Assembly (NCBI GenBank): GCA_043228905.1
Contig: JBHGNT010000015.1
Coordinates: 496,001 to 560,000 of the forward strand
Length of the DNA: 64,000 nucleotides
Direction: 5' to 3'
DNA from: Azolla caroliniana
Lineage: Eukaryota > Plantae > Polypodiophyta
In this document: positions 37,496 through 50,001 of the stretch, piece after piece
Layout of the letters: each line of letters starts with the position of its first letter
Position numbering within the stretch: position 1 is the first letter of the stretch
The notes under the pieces: generated by a model
Told to the model about the DNA's origin: nothing
Seen by the model: the letters and a program-made list of their open reading frames with translations, nothing else
Databases searched by the model: none
Made by a program: the position numbers and the translations under genes

Positions 37496-40400
37496 CAAGG
37501 GTCGGTTGCGGATTCGACGTACAAGGTACTGTCCCACGGGCATGCCATGTGTTACCGGCCGACAAAGGAGTCCAGAGTGGGAAACGGAGAGTTAATTAAG
37601 TAGTAGGAATGTGGTTGTAATTAAGCTATGAGTGTGGACGGACGGACCGGAAACAGTATGCCGTTCCGGATCCGGACCGATCCCGAACAGGTGCGGATGG
37701 CACCGTTTTGTAATACAGACCGGAAACCTATTTAAAGGCCCGGATACAATGTAATAGTTGGCAGTTAATTAATGAAAGCTTAAGCGTTGTTATCTCTCTG
37801 TGTTAATTGTCGTTTTGTCTTAATTGTTATATCTTACGCGTGTGTTATGAAAGACGATCCTAATAAGTAACTTAATTAAGTCGGATTAAGCGTTGAAGTC
37901 TAATCCGGTTGCCGTAACACCCTTTGGTGAAGTGTCTCCCGTAGACACCCTGTGTTAGGCCATTGTCCGGCCCGAAGAGTTAACATATCACACACTAGAC
38001 CAAGTTGAGCTTGATTCTCAACAGGTTCCTTTGTCTTCCGCGTTCCGATTCGGTAAGGAGCGCTTTGGAGTCGGAGCTCGTATCCTTGTCTTTCCGATGC
38101 GCCTCCTCATCTAGCAAGCTCGACTTCACTCTTGCTAGGGATAACCGTTTCCCTTCCGGCTCGGCATTGCCCAACGTCACAACCAACGTCTCCCAGTTAT
38201 TCAGGAGGGAACCGAGCAGGAGTAGAGCAAGCACCTCATCGGCGAGAGGTACTTCCAGCGAGGTTGCTTGGTGTATCAGTCCCTGGAAGGCATTCATGTG
38301 CTCCGCCATGCTGGAGCCATCTTGGTACCGGAGTCTTACTAGCTTCCGAAATACCGAAACCTGATTAACAACATTTTTGTTTTGAAACATAATGTCAATC
38401 TTCTCCCAGAGCTCATGAGCCTTGCTCTCTTCATTGAAGTTGTTGTATAGACTCATGTCGATGAAGCACCGTATGTACGTTGTTGTCTTCATGTGCATCA
38501 CCTCCCATATCGTGGCATCGATTTTGTCCGATCTCTTGTCCCCGAACTGAACCGGCAACCAAAGATCTTTAACCACGAGCATGTCCCTCATCTTCGACTT
38601 CCACACTGAGTAGTTGGAGCCAGTGAGCTTGAACATGCCTCCCAACGAATCGTCCATTTTTCTGTGTCGTTTCGCTCTGATACCACTTTGACGAGAAATA
38701 TGCGGAATAATCTCCGGCCACAACCGAAGCGTAGATCACTTGATGACAATGAAACACAAAAGAAATGGGAATGGAGGTAAGTACACAAACAGAAAGAGAA
38801 TACACAGGATGTTAACGTGGAAAACCCTAAGAGGGAAAAACCACAGGGAGTCCACAGACTCCAAACTAATACTATGTCAAGGTGTACAACAGGGAGCACA
38901 GAGGCCATGACCTCTTGCTCACAATCTTCGCCAAGCGGCGTTTACAACAGAGACACAATCTCTGTATATCACTCTCTCTCTATCTCTCTCTCTCTCTCTT
39001 ACGCACTGTACAGGAGTTACACCAATAACTCTATCATCATCTTTTGAGTTTGCCCTAGGTCATATTTATACTAATATGACTTTCGGGCTATTTACAAATA
39101 TAGCCCCAGTGGGCTCTCTGGAACATATTTACATATATGTCCCTTCCATCTGATGAGAGGTTCTCACCGGGTCTTCCTTGTCGGGTACTCGTCATCCGGT
39201 TCTCACTGGGTCTTCCTTGTCGGGTACTCGTCATCTAGTTCCCATTGAATATGGCGGGGGGTTGGCCGCTTGTTGCAATTATGCCAAGTGTAAGGCTCAA
39301 TCAAGTGGGGAAATATATGTTGGCTATCATGGCATATTTTGTTTCTTGAGAGTTATCTATTAAAAACATTTTACATGTTTGTTATCATATTTAATTAAGA
39401 CAAATATTTTTCTTAACTAGTGACTAAGTTTGTGGTAACATTATTTTGATTAAGTTTTCCATGGTTCCATGAAGTGAAGAGGTAAGTGCTTTTATGCATT
39501 GAATTATGAAGTGGTATTTGCAATTTAGGACTATGTCGTTATCTGTCTCGCAAATAGTCCACAGTGAGGACGTCAACCCCCACGACTCAAGTGTGAACCT
39601 TGGAAGTGCAAGACTCTAGGGTTCAATGGACAATAGCATGGAGCGGCATCACAAACTCTATCAAGTATCCTTATAGATGCCATCATATTTTCTAGAGAAA
39701 GATGGCCAAGGCCTTGACATTCATGGGTGTTGGGCCATCCAATATTTTATTGGGCTTTGGTAGTAACCAAAGTAGTGCCCCTCCTTTTGATGATATTTAA
39801 TAAAAGCATCTTATTGGATATATAAATGCTTGACCCTCATTCCAAATGCCAGAAAGTTGTTGAGGAAGACTTGCATGAATGCAAAAAAAATCAATAATGG
39901 TCCTCTAGAACAAGGTTGAAAGGGACTAGAACAGGCAAAACATCATGATCACTACCAATTTGGTGATGAACAAGTTCTTCTCTTGATATTTCAACGTTGT
40001 GTGCACCTGGTTATAGTAGCAAAACCAATTCAAGAAGTGATATGTTAGTGGTCAGGGATCATATCCAAGATGAAGTCAATAAAGGGAATTATAAAAGTTG
40101 GGTTAGAGAGTGTTATAGTGTTACGTTTCCATAGTCAACATATATCCACGACTTCCCATTCTTCTTGGAAAATAGCTTGGTGGTGTTGTTGAGAACCTAA
40201 AGACAACCATCATGAAGAAGCTTACTTAACACTTATCTTGGGCTTGTTGTATGCATATATGTTGTGTAGGTACTACTTACTAGCACTATAAAAATGGAAA
40301 ATATTGTTAAGATGAGGAAAAAATTAATGGCACTTCCTTAGAGGATACCCACTTTCTTATTGATCATATTAATGACAAGCAAAAGAATAATGTATTAAGG

Positions 40401-43001
40401 ATGCTTAACCACACTGATCACCTTAGAGCGAAGGACATGAGACAAACATTAAATACCATCGTTGTATCATACCATGAATATTACCTTATGTTACACCTTG
40501 GTTGTTGAGTAACAGATCCGAAGAAGAGAGGTTATCCTCACCAATAGAGCCTTGACAACATCTCACGATGTCATAATTATAAATGTGGGTAGCTAATCCC
40601 CTTCACATAGCTCAATACCTAAGGCTCCCAGACCACTATATGTTCCCACGTGTCATAGGTCCTTATCGGTTTGTTCCAATTCCTTGGATAACTAGTTTCC
40701 AATTACCCTAGCTTGAGCCCACATAAACTAGATAAAATTGGTTCGTAAGGTTATTTCTATAGAACATTTAAAGACCTGAGAGGAAAGGTTTTATAGAGAG
40801 AGGAAAGGCAAATCTACAACATTGTCTTATCATCCATCATCTTTACTTCATCATTTAAACTATTTACATGCGAATGGGTTCTATATTTTTAATATTTTTA
40901 TATTATAAAAAGATACTTCCCATTAGTTAGGTAAAGTGTCTTTACACTCCAATATGTACAACAGAAATGTCATCATAGATATTCAACCACATTACCCTAG
41001 TATGCGTTAATCATGCTTCAATGTGTAAAAATTCAAAAAAATACCATGAACCTTCTTGGTTGGGCTGCCACGGTGGAAATAACCAAAGGATACAATCACT
41101 GCTCTATGGTATGACCTGATTACAAATATACGATTTTAATATGAAGGGTGGGAAGGATCTTCACACGCAGTGGAAACTGTGAGACTCTCCTTTCAACAAT
41201 CATGGTCAAATTCGCCCTTGGTGGATTATGTAGATGGAGTGGTTAAGTGGTGTTACACCATGCCAAAATGGTTATTCTATATTTTTAATATTGACTCTTG
41301 ATTAGGAATGGACATGAGATTTATATTACATACCTCATACACACAATGTAAATCAGCAAAATGAGATGAAGTGTGTACATTCTCTATATATGTATTGTAA
41401 AATGATGAGATGGAGGCACCCCATATCGCAAGATTTATTTTTTGTAATATATTCAAACCTACTCTCTAAACATATACATATTCTAGATTTTAGAAAAATG
41501 TCAAGCTATCCTGAGTAATTATATTCATGATTGGAAACTAATAATGTAAGAAATGTGTCATATGTTGGATTCCATGTAAGTATATTTTTATGAGCATTAT
41601 GTTTTCAATTGTTAGAATAGAGGATCATAAGACACAAGTCAATTATGAAAGATAATATTCTTAGAGCTACCACATTGCAAACTGAATTCATATTAATTGT
41701 AACCTATCTATCTATTCAAACTATTTGAAGCTAGAAGGAATATTATAATTTACCTTTAATTATAATGGATTTGGATATATCAAAATAGGTATATTACACT
41801 TTTAGCGTGGAAATACTCCTCACCCCAATAAAATATCCAAGTTCTTGTGCCGATCGTTATCCGTCGTGAGTTACTACATAATAATGCAATGATGTTTAAG
41901 TGTTTTTACTAGATGACAAAGAAGATAAGCCATTGTGGAATTATAGCAGGCTACTAACTAGTAACAACTAAAAATGATGATCCATTACGTGCACAATAAA
42001 TATTTTTGTCACCTAACATGCAACACATGAAATTTATAAATGTTCCTTTCGTGCGGGAAATCCATGGAAAGGAAGATAATGATGTTGAAAGGATGACATG
42101 GACAACAACAGAAGTTGGAACAATAACATTAGATAATACAGTTGTGCTTGAATTGGCGACAGGTGTGGGTAACATTTAATGTTGGATGTGATCCTTCCAT
42201 GGTAAATTACAAAATTTGGCACAATAAAGTAGAACATGGAATATGTTTCACGAACCAAATTCTACTCAAAAGAGATCTCAATAATTGTTTTGGTGAGGTT
42301 AATGAGCATCTCCAATAGATAAGTAATGAGATCCCATCAACACCTACTTCCACTATGAGTGTGGGAAAAGGTTGGGGTATGGAAAAAGGGTAGCATAGTT
42401 ATGTTGAAAAGTTTATAGTAGAAATGTGACTAAAAGAAGCAAGAATATGGGGTTATTTAAGCACGACAATACGATACTAGATTAGACAAACAATGAAAAT
42501 TGTATAAAAGTGTCAGGGAGAATCCTTTTTTTGTTCTTGCCACGTGTGAATCAACAAAATCTTGATTCTCTAGTCATATAAGTAAAAAGGAATTTATGGG
42601 TGTGTTGGAGAGAATGCGCAATGTGTGTGGAAAGAAGGGAGTAGGATTGAAAGGGACAACGCCATGCTTATATAAGGATGAGGAGGCAATCCATCTTTCA
42701 AAGCAACTCGAGGACACAATTTGTGGACTTGATTTGATGAACTAATTAGGAGGTGGTTAGAGAGATTCCATCCTTTTTAATTGATAAGAATGGGAGCAAT
42801 TCTTATGAGTGTCAAGATTATGAGGAGTAGGAAAAGTTTAATATTTCGAGGGGATCATTAGAGAGAGGAGAGAGAGAAAGAGAGTTTTGAGGGGATTGCA
42901 ATTTCAAATCGTAAACCATCTCCATTCATAAAAAAAGTGTGAAACATTCTCATTGTGTGTTTAGTGTGCGTACATAAGTGCATAAGGCTGAAAACAGAGG
43001 G

Positions 43002-45422
43002 ATGGTGGTGGCAAACTGCAAGTTGTCATCATCGGGTGAGCCAATGGTGCCTTCGACGACGACAATTATAGTGAAAACAAGTGAACTCGACCATGTGCCA
43101 AAGAGCCGATCGAAGGAGGTCTTTGTGTGTACGTCGAAAAGTACTAACAACAACCATGATAAAGACGACACAAGTGGAGACGATGGTGGATCATCAAATG
43201 ATCAAGTGGTGGTAAAAGTAAGCAACACATCGACAATGAAGACCGCGGTTCCATACACGACAAGCACTGCAACAAAGCTGAGGGCGATGGAACGGCCAAT
43301 AGCTTTCGAAGAGGACAAGAAGTGGAAGAAGTTGGTATTGAAAACAGAAGTGTTGGCGAGTGATGTCGACGAGGGACCCAAGTCAACGGTGTTCCAAGCG
43401 ACACTCAACTGCTTGAGCTTACTTTTCGGTAAGGAACCAAAAAAAGAGAGGAAATAGAACTGGGGTGGATGGGCGTAAGGCGAGATGTAAATGTATGTGG
43501 AAATGTGAGGTGGGGCGGGCATGCAGAGGAGGCAAGAAGTAACTTGAGAGGAGAGAAGATGTAGTACAAACATAAGGAGTGTGTGCAGGGTTTGTTAGGT
43601 GGGGGTATTAGGTAGAAATGTTTTTTTTTTTAAAACACACAGTTGCACTTTCACATAAACAAGAACCACCCCCCACAATAAATAAAAAGAAACCCAAAAA
43701 GAACTGTTTACTTTTGGAATTCCCTGATTTGGGCAGATCCCATGAAACAGGGTTTTCATATGTGTGTGTGCATATGTCCTTGTCTGAATCTGTTGGTGAT
43801 GCAAGAGAAACCTCCATGTCCACCACCATATCTGCTCATGAACAAACCAAACCATTACTCCACACACACACACACACATGCATGTATGCATGCATGTTGT
43901 GTACCTTTGATTGACCATCATCCCTATCATCATCATCATCACCACCAACAGAGGAACCTCCATGCCCACCATGTCTGCTCATGAACAAACCAAACCATAA
44001 CTACATACACACATACACATTAAACATGCATGTTGTGTACCTTTGATTGCCTATCATCATATCATCATGGCATCATCCTCATGGCCTCCTCCATGGTGCA
44101 GGGCTGGGTATATTGTCTTCCCCTTATGCCATCGCGCGGGCGGGATGGGCGGGCGTGGCCGTCTCCCTTGTTGTGGCGGCCACATACGCCTACACGGCAT
44201 GCCTCATGGGTCGGTGCGTGGCCCTTCACCCCGACACATGCGGCACCTACCAAGACATCGCCCGTGTGGCGCTCGGGCCACGCATGCGCCGCATCATCAC
44301 CGCGCTCTTCTACATAGAGATCACCGGAACCCTACTCGGCTATTGCATCTCCATCGCCGACAACCTCAACTACATCTTCCCCCACCCGGGATTCAGCCTC
44401 CCGGGTCTTAGCGATCGCAACCTTATGATAGCCCTCGCGGCCCTCATCATTTTGCCATCGGTTTGGCTCCGGGACCTTAGCGCCCTCTCCTTCACCTCCA
44501 TTTGGTGTATAGTGAGCTCTTTACTTCTTCTCTCCGGGGTCGTCGTGGCGTCCACCGCGAATCACATCGGGTTCACACACCCCCTTCCGGTCGCGCGCGT
44601 TGGGGGTGTGCCGGTCGCGGCCGGCCTCTATGCCTTCTCCTATGGTGGCACCAGTGTCTTCCCAAGCATCTACAAATCCATGAAGGAACCCTCTAAGTTC
44701 ATGCTGGTAAGCAAAAACACTCATAATAGATTCATCCATCAAATCATTGGTTCGTTCGTTCTTAGGGGAATCATGTGGCACCTATACATCCATTCAAATA
44801 TACTTAAGAGGGAGAATATTAACATTGAAGGCCCACAACATATATAGGTTAACATGCTTTCTTGATCTGCATTCAGGCACTTGTGCTTAGCTTTGTCATT
44901 GCGACGGCATCGATAGTTGGTCTTGGTGTCGCCGGAGCCTACATGTTTGGCGAGCACACCGAATCCCAGGTAACTCTAAGCATGCCTTTGCACTTCATTA
45001 GCACCAAAATAGTGCTATGGTCGACCATTGTCACTCCCATATTCAAATTCGCACTCCAATTGTCGCCCATCACCACAGCTTTAGAGAATCAACTCTATCG
45101 TCGTCATAACAAAGGCTCAAAAATGGTGTTGGTTGGGATCGCAACCCTAATGCGGTCTTCCGTTCTTGCTGCAATTGTTATTGGGTCCATGGTTTTTCCG
45201 TATTTCCAATATATAGTGGCCTTGGTTGGGTCTTCCATGACCATCGCTATATGTATGATCTTCCCATGCATTTTCTACTTGAAGCTCTTTTGGCACCACC
45301 TCAAGTTGCAATCCATAATATTGATATCAATCCTAGTGTTCTTCGGCATGATAGTAGCCGCATGTGGCACTATTGTGGCTTTGCAAGGACTCGTCGATAG
45401 CAAGAGAAATCACACGTCGTAA
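43002..45422 (+). CDS. AVT1-family (Aa_trans) amino-acid transporter. Exons 43002-43428, 44102-44706 and 44877-45422.
   Basis: GT-AG junctions preserve the frame (LLF-G|LGILSSPYA; KFML|ALVLSF). Motifs include STVFQATLN, GLGILSSPYA, TYQDIA, PSVWLRDLS, FPSIYKSMK and LVGS...IFPCIFYLK, with multiple TM helices. Confidence 0.9.
43809..44070 (+). repeat. Two-copy ~147-bp tandem duplication in intron 1 of the transporter
   Basis: aacctccatg(t/c)ccacc...tctgctcatgaacaaaccaaaccat...gcatgttgtgtacctttgattg occurs at 43809 and 43955. Confidence 0.85.
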
Positions 45423-47259
45423 AGTTCGATGGTGTCCACCGGTGCTACAACACAACACTTTACAATGCTTGTCTCTTTTGGGTACACAGGATACACCTCA
45501 ATGTTGGCTCTTCTATACATATATTAATCCATCAAATTTGAAAGAAGATTAATTAAAGCCTCTATTATTCATTGTATGCATGTTTTATCATAATTTATGT
45601 AAAAAATAAGAAAGATGTGTTATGATATATCAAAAAAATTGTAAATAACACTGGATTTCATCAAAAATAGGTCATCTCATGCTTAAATATTTATATTTTA
45701 TAAAAGGTTTTTGACCTGCACTCCAAATTACATAGTTTTAATTTAAATCTTTGTAGTTTTAACTTCTAGTTGTGTTTTTTTGTTATGAAATGTATGTGTT
45801 AAACACCACATCAGTCCACCCCCATATTTTTGTAGTATCGATTGCATCCAATGTTTAGTTCTAAATTTTGATTATAAGCTTTGACGTTAATTAGTTTAGA
45901 TCTAATCACATTTCATTAATTGTTACCTAAGTTTTACCATTGACTCATGTACCATCCATATGAAGCATTGATTCCGTCCTGCATATGGTAAAGAAGACAA
46001 CACATAATAGGTTGTAGCTTTATAGCCATAATATTATCTAATATGAAGTACTGATTGGCACAATAAATTTTGGGCGGTTTATAAGCACATGCAAAGTCAT
46101 TGATTGGAATGTATTAGTCATCCTTGCAACCTACAGGTGAGGCCGGCTTGAATGTTTCTTGCATTGCATTAACTCATCAATATGCATCATGTTCACACTC
46201 TTCATGTAATTGATTCTAAATGTGAATGGAGTGAAATCACCCAAATTATCAATGCACATAGTACTAAATTAATGTCAGAATTTTCAAGATTACCTTATTA
46301 GTATATAGAAGTGTTAGCACTATAAACAAGATAAAGGGTCGTGTACACTTTTCAATTTGTTTTTTCCTATTTCTCTTATAGAACAAAAATGCTACAGTTA
46401 GTGGTGAAAATATGATTATGTAAATGTCAAGATGCATGAGTAATGGACATGGTGTGGAGCCAACAACTCAAATTGTGGGTTGCTTAAATTGCTATTAATA
46501 TAAGAAATGGTTTATGAATCAATCTGGGCATGCCAACTATTTTGACTAGTAGACAAACCAGCATGTAGAAGCCTCAAGCAATGAGTTGAGTTGATTCCAA
46601 GGAATGTGCCTTTAAAAGCCGCATGCAATGAGATGAACCCACTCCTTGAAACATTGCTTGCCTCATATGTTCTTAATGTAGAAATTGTGACTCCTCTCTG
46701 TACAATGTATGTCTTAAAGAGTTGACATTAGGGTACTTGAGTATTCCCACTAGGAGAGTCTTGATTTGGATGTTGGATAGTATAGAGACTGGGTGTAAAT
46801 TTGTATTGTCCATGAAGAGGCCAATTTTGACCTATGGCATTGAATAAACATATCATGTTATATCCATGTTGTGACTCCTTCAGGGGGTTTACTTTGTAGT
46901 AAAGACTCTCTCTCAAAGTAATGCATGAGTTTTAGAAAATCTAATTCTTCTTTTCTTGCAACATTGTTTACTATTTCTTCTAGTTTCTATGAACTAAATA
47001 GGGCATGACATTGTGTACACACTTGATTGACTCCTAGGTTTCTCAAGAGGTACTTGAAGAAACCATTATCCATTGTCAAATGGCATCTAACTTGTGCACA
47101 CAATCGTGCTACAACTTCTTTATGCCCTAATGACATTCTTACTTCATCATTCCTTTCCAATGCTCATTTCTTGGTACTGTGTCAAAGGTTTCTTGAATTT
47201 CACAAAACAACAATAGAATGTTGTTGCTTGAACTCAACTTTCTTCCATAATTCTCTTAG

Positions 47260-47700
47260 ACTAACAAAATGATAAACAACTGAATGTGGGTTGTTTATTG
47301 TTTGAGTTAGCCGATTGCATTGAGCCAATGCTGAATATTTCCACCATGGATGAATCACAGTAGACTTTCATGATCAACGCATTGTCAACTACGATTCCTC
47401 CTGAAATTGGGAGACATATTTTGCCATTGGAAATGTTGCAGAGAGCCTTCAAGTTTGTGCAGTTAAGCACGTGTATGAAAACCCTACCATAATATCACAT
47501 GATAAAATTCTAATTCTAAGTCATGTACTATTTGATCTAGTACCACTACATTAACATCGACTTCCAAATGTTGATAAGTTCCAAATCTAGCTTTAAAATC
47601 TCCCACGATCAACACTTTTCCAATCTTCTCATATGTAAGAATGTTGCCACACAAATCAGCGAAATATCACCATGATCTAACTCATACAAAGTATAATAGT
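47260..47700 (-). mobile_element. Highly decayed LINE remnant (AP-endonuclease region)
   Basis: The minus strand encodes YEKIGKVLIVGDFKARFG (GDFNAR-like motif, ~47580-47635) followed by LCNISNG...GIVVDNAL. True extent is unclear. Confidence 0.5.
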
Positions 47701-50001
47701 TGGACTCTTTATGAGGTATATAAGTAGTACATGTCAAATAAATGTTATCTGTGTATAGTGTTACAAACCAACAACCAAGGAGAGAAGAGAAGTACTACAT
47801 TGTGTGTTTGAGATGAGGAGCCCATTCAAGAAGTCTACTATATGGGCTATGAAAGTTTCAAATATGCCTAAGCTACTTATCATTACACAAACATATGAGT
47901 TCATTGCAACCAATGTACATAAAAGAATATAAATTATAGAACAAAATACATATTTTATCATCCATGATTAGGTGAAGTTTTACCTATAGACCAAATCAAT
48001 ATGTCATCTTGTATGTGACTCATTTCTAAGTGGGGGATCATTAATCCGTAGGAAAAGCTCTCAATGTGAAAATAATGCCAACACACATGTGCTCACTCTT
48101 TTTGGTGGACGTTTAAGTATGACACTTACATTATCATATGCTCATCTAACGAGTCATCATATTTCATAGAGATTAGCTTATTGATGATTCCATGATGCGA
48201 CTTCAACACCTAACTTGTGAATAAGTTCAAAGAAGTGTTAAGGCTCTCCAAGTCCCAAGGCTCATGAGGGTAGCGAGATGTGCTTGGATACGTTTTGGCA
48301 TTTTTATGTTGTGTTGGGGGTTAATATTTGCAATGCAATATAATTTCCAAATTGTTCATTGTAGTATCTTGCCACTTCATAGTAGGGCTTCTAGTTATCT
48401 ATCCTCAATGATCACATACTTCATAGCATCACCTCATAGCGTCAATGCATCTTTTACTCCCCATCTCGTAAACCATTCATAATGCCAATAATGGTTGTTA
48501 TGATTTGAAATTTTGTTTATTATTGGGATTTGAATCCTGTATAATTAGTTTGTAAGCCATTGATCATCACTCGAGCATGCTTTCTTGGTTAAGAACTTAA
48601 GATGTTGTGCACATACAAACATCTTAACCCTAAACCCTAAAATACATCACCATTCATGACAAAAAATAAAAGCCAATCTTCATGTCATGCTAAAAAATAG
48701 TACATCTATTGTTAATTCTAGTACACCTCAGGCAATAATCAAACTTCCTCATGATCTTCTTCAATTCTCTTAGTGTCTTAAATGATTGGCATATGAGATT
48801 CACCACAAAAGAAACCATTCTGGGAGATTACATTTCCAATTGTTGACCTCTTTCTTTGTAAACTATCGTGCGCCTTGAGATTGGTAAGGTTAACAATCTA
48901 ACATAGTTAGGCTCACGCTACGTAGCCCATGTCAAGCTTTATCCTCTCAAATTATCCTTTGGAGTGCTCAAACATTCTAGTCTTGGTTCTCGGCAATACT
49001 ATGTTATGATGTAGAGTATGATTAACATTTAAAAATTGGCAAGAATATATTACCACCTAGCATATGATGTGCGTATGCCTGTATTTGCACATGGTCATGT
49101 TAAAGCGCATAAAAACTAACACCAATGGTTGGATCTCTTACATTAAATTTAATCTAGCACTTGAGAGCTTGTGTGTGCATTCTAATCTTCTCTTGGCTCA
49201 TGTATAGACTATGTTCCTAAATTCTCAACACAACCTTGCATATATTATGTCACTATTTATTTATTGAAGAATGATTTTCCTTATAAGGTATTATTTTTAT
49301 TCTAAAGTTACTCTTATTCCTTTGGATTCCTTGGAATTCCTTGCTTTACAAATACTCAAGTGTTGTATTTGGAATTGAGTTCCACAGCAATGAGCAAGAC
49401 CATATTTTCTTGATTGAAATACTTCCAAGCAACTTAATACTATGGGAATTTTGAAAAGAGACAAGATGGTGTCATATTTTGAATCAGGCAATGAGAAAGA
49501 AGACACTTACTTTATCGAAAATACTTAGAAGTATGCAAATTTTGAATAGAGAACAAGGTGGCCCGACAACATCTAGTACATGTGTTGCTCCTCAACATTG
49601 CTTAGTACATATAGCAATGGAGACGAGTTGTTGAAATTATGAGGAATTGTATTGTGTCATGCATTGAGAGTACTGAGAATTGTGCTCGAATATCCGATGT
49701 CCTAAGTAAAACACCGAGCTTATGATCATAATACCCTTTTGAGTAGAAAGGATTCTCAAGTGAGGTCCCCATGTGGACAATGCCCGTGTTGCCACAACAC
49801 TCATTGTCCATTTTGCCCCCGGGACACGGGACACGTGCGCCCTAATGATAGTACTAGAGTATGTGGGCAAGGTCCTCCTTGTACATGGAATTAGCGTGGA
49901 CATCATATCATGATTGACAAAGAAGAAGAAGAAGAAGATATAGCATGGAGACACTAATTGATAAAATCAAAGGTGGCCTTTCTTGTGGCAATGTATTATG
50001 C

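Larger units (their letters stand above)
21708..37985 (+). mobile_element. Ty3/Gypsy (non-chromovirus) retrotransposon C inserted in the 5' LTR of Copia B. 5' LTR remnant 21708-21864; 3' LTR 37550-37985; degenerate gag-pol ~29450-34363; extra ORF region ~34740-37495.
   Basis: LTR reads TGTTACCGGCCG...GAGTTAACA. Gag has CCHC knuckles, protease VIDGGSG, RT (WLSPIVVVPKK, CVDYRKLN, FLDD) and integrase (WGLDFVGP, SDQG, NGLAE, W-T-G-P-Y). No chromodomain seen. Confidence 0.9.
11966..38023 (-). mobile_element. Ty1/Copia LTR retrotransposon B inserted in the gag of A. 3' LTR 11966-12346; 5' LTR split as 21312-21707 plus ~37986-38023; degenerate coding ~13250-15900 and ~19524-21140.
   Basis: LTRs read TGTAAAGAATCGGG...TCTCAACA. 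TSD GGTTT/GGTTC rejoins the A gag (ERGRQRN|RSPQ). Met PBS at 21300-21311. Protease WFVDSGASNHM, integrase RSDGGKE, RT LYVDD and RNase H YTDADWA are present. Confidence 0.92.
7915..39235 (-). mobile_element. Ty1/Copia LTR retrotransposon A, the outermost and degenerate element of the nest. 3' LTR 7915-8548; 5' LTR 38689-~39235 (outer end lost); gag 38024-38657; gag end and pol ~8570-11965.
   Basis: Both LTRs start TGACGAGAAATATGC. The tRNA-iMet PBS (rc of TGGTATCAGAGC) is at 38674-38685 and the PPT at ~8549-8560. Domains run in Copia order: CCHC (CFYCGKPGHF), protease DSG, integrase, RT (YVDD), RNase H, with many stops and frameshifts. Confidence 0.92.

Noticed and set aside
39240-42900. AT-rich intergenic DNA with hints of decayed TE coding sequence (also ~5600-6900 and ~56600-57100)
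   Set aside because: No diagnostic motif or boundaries could be identified by eye.
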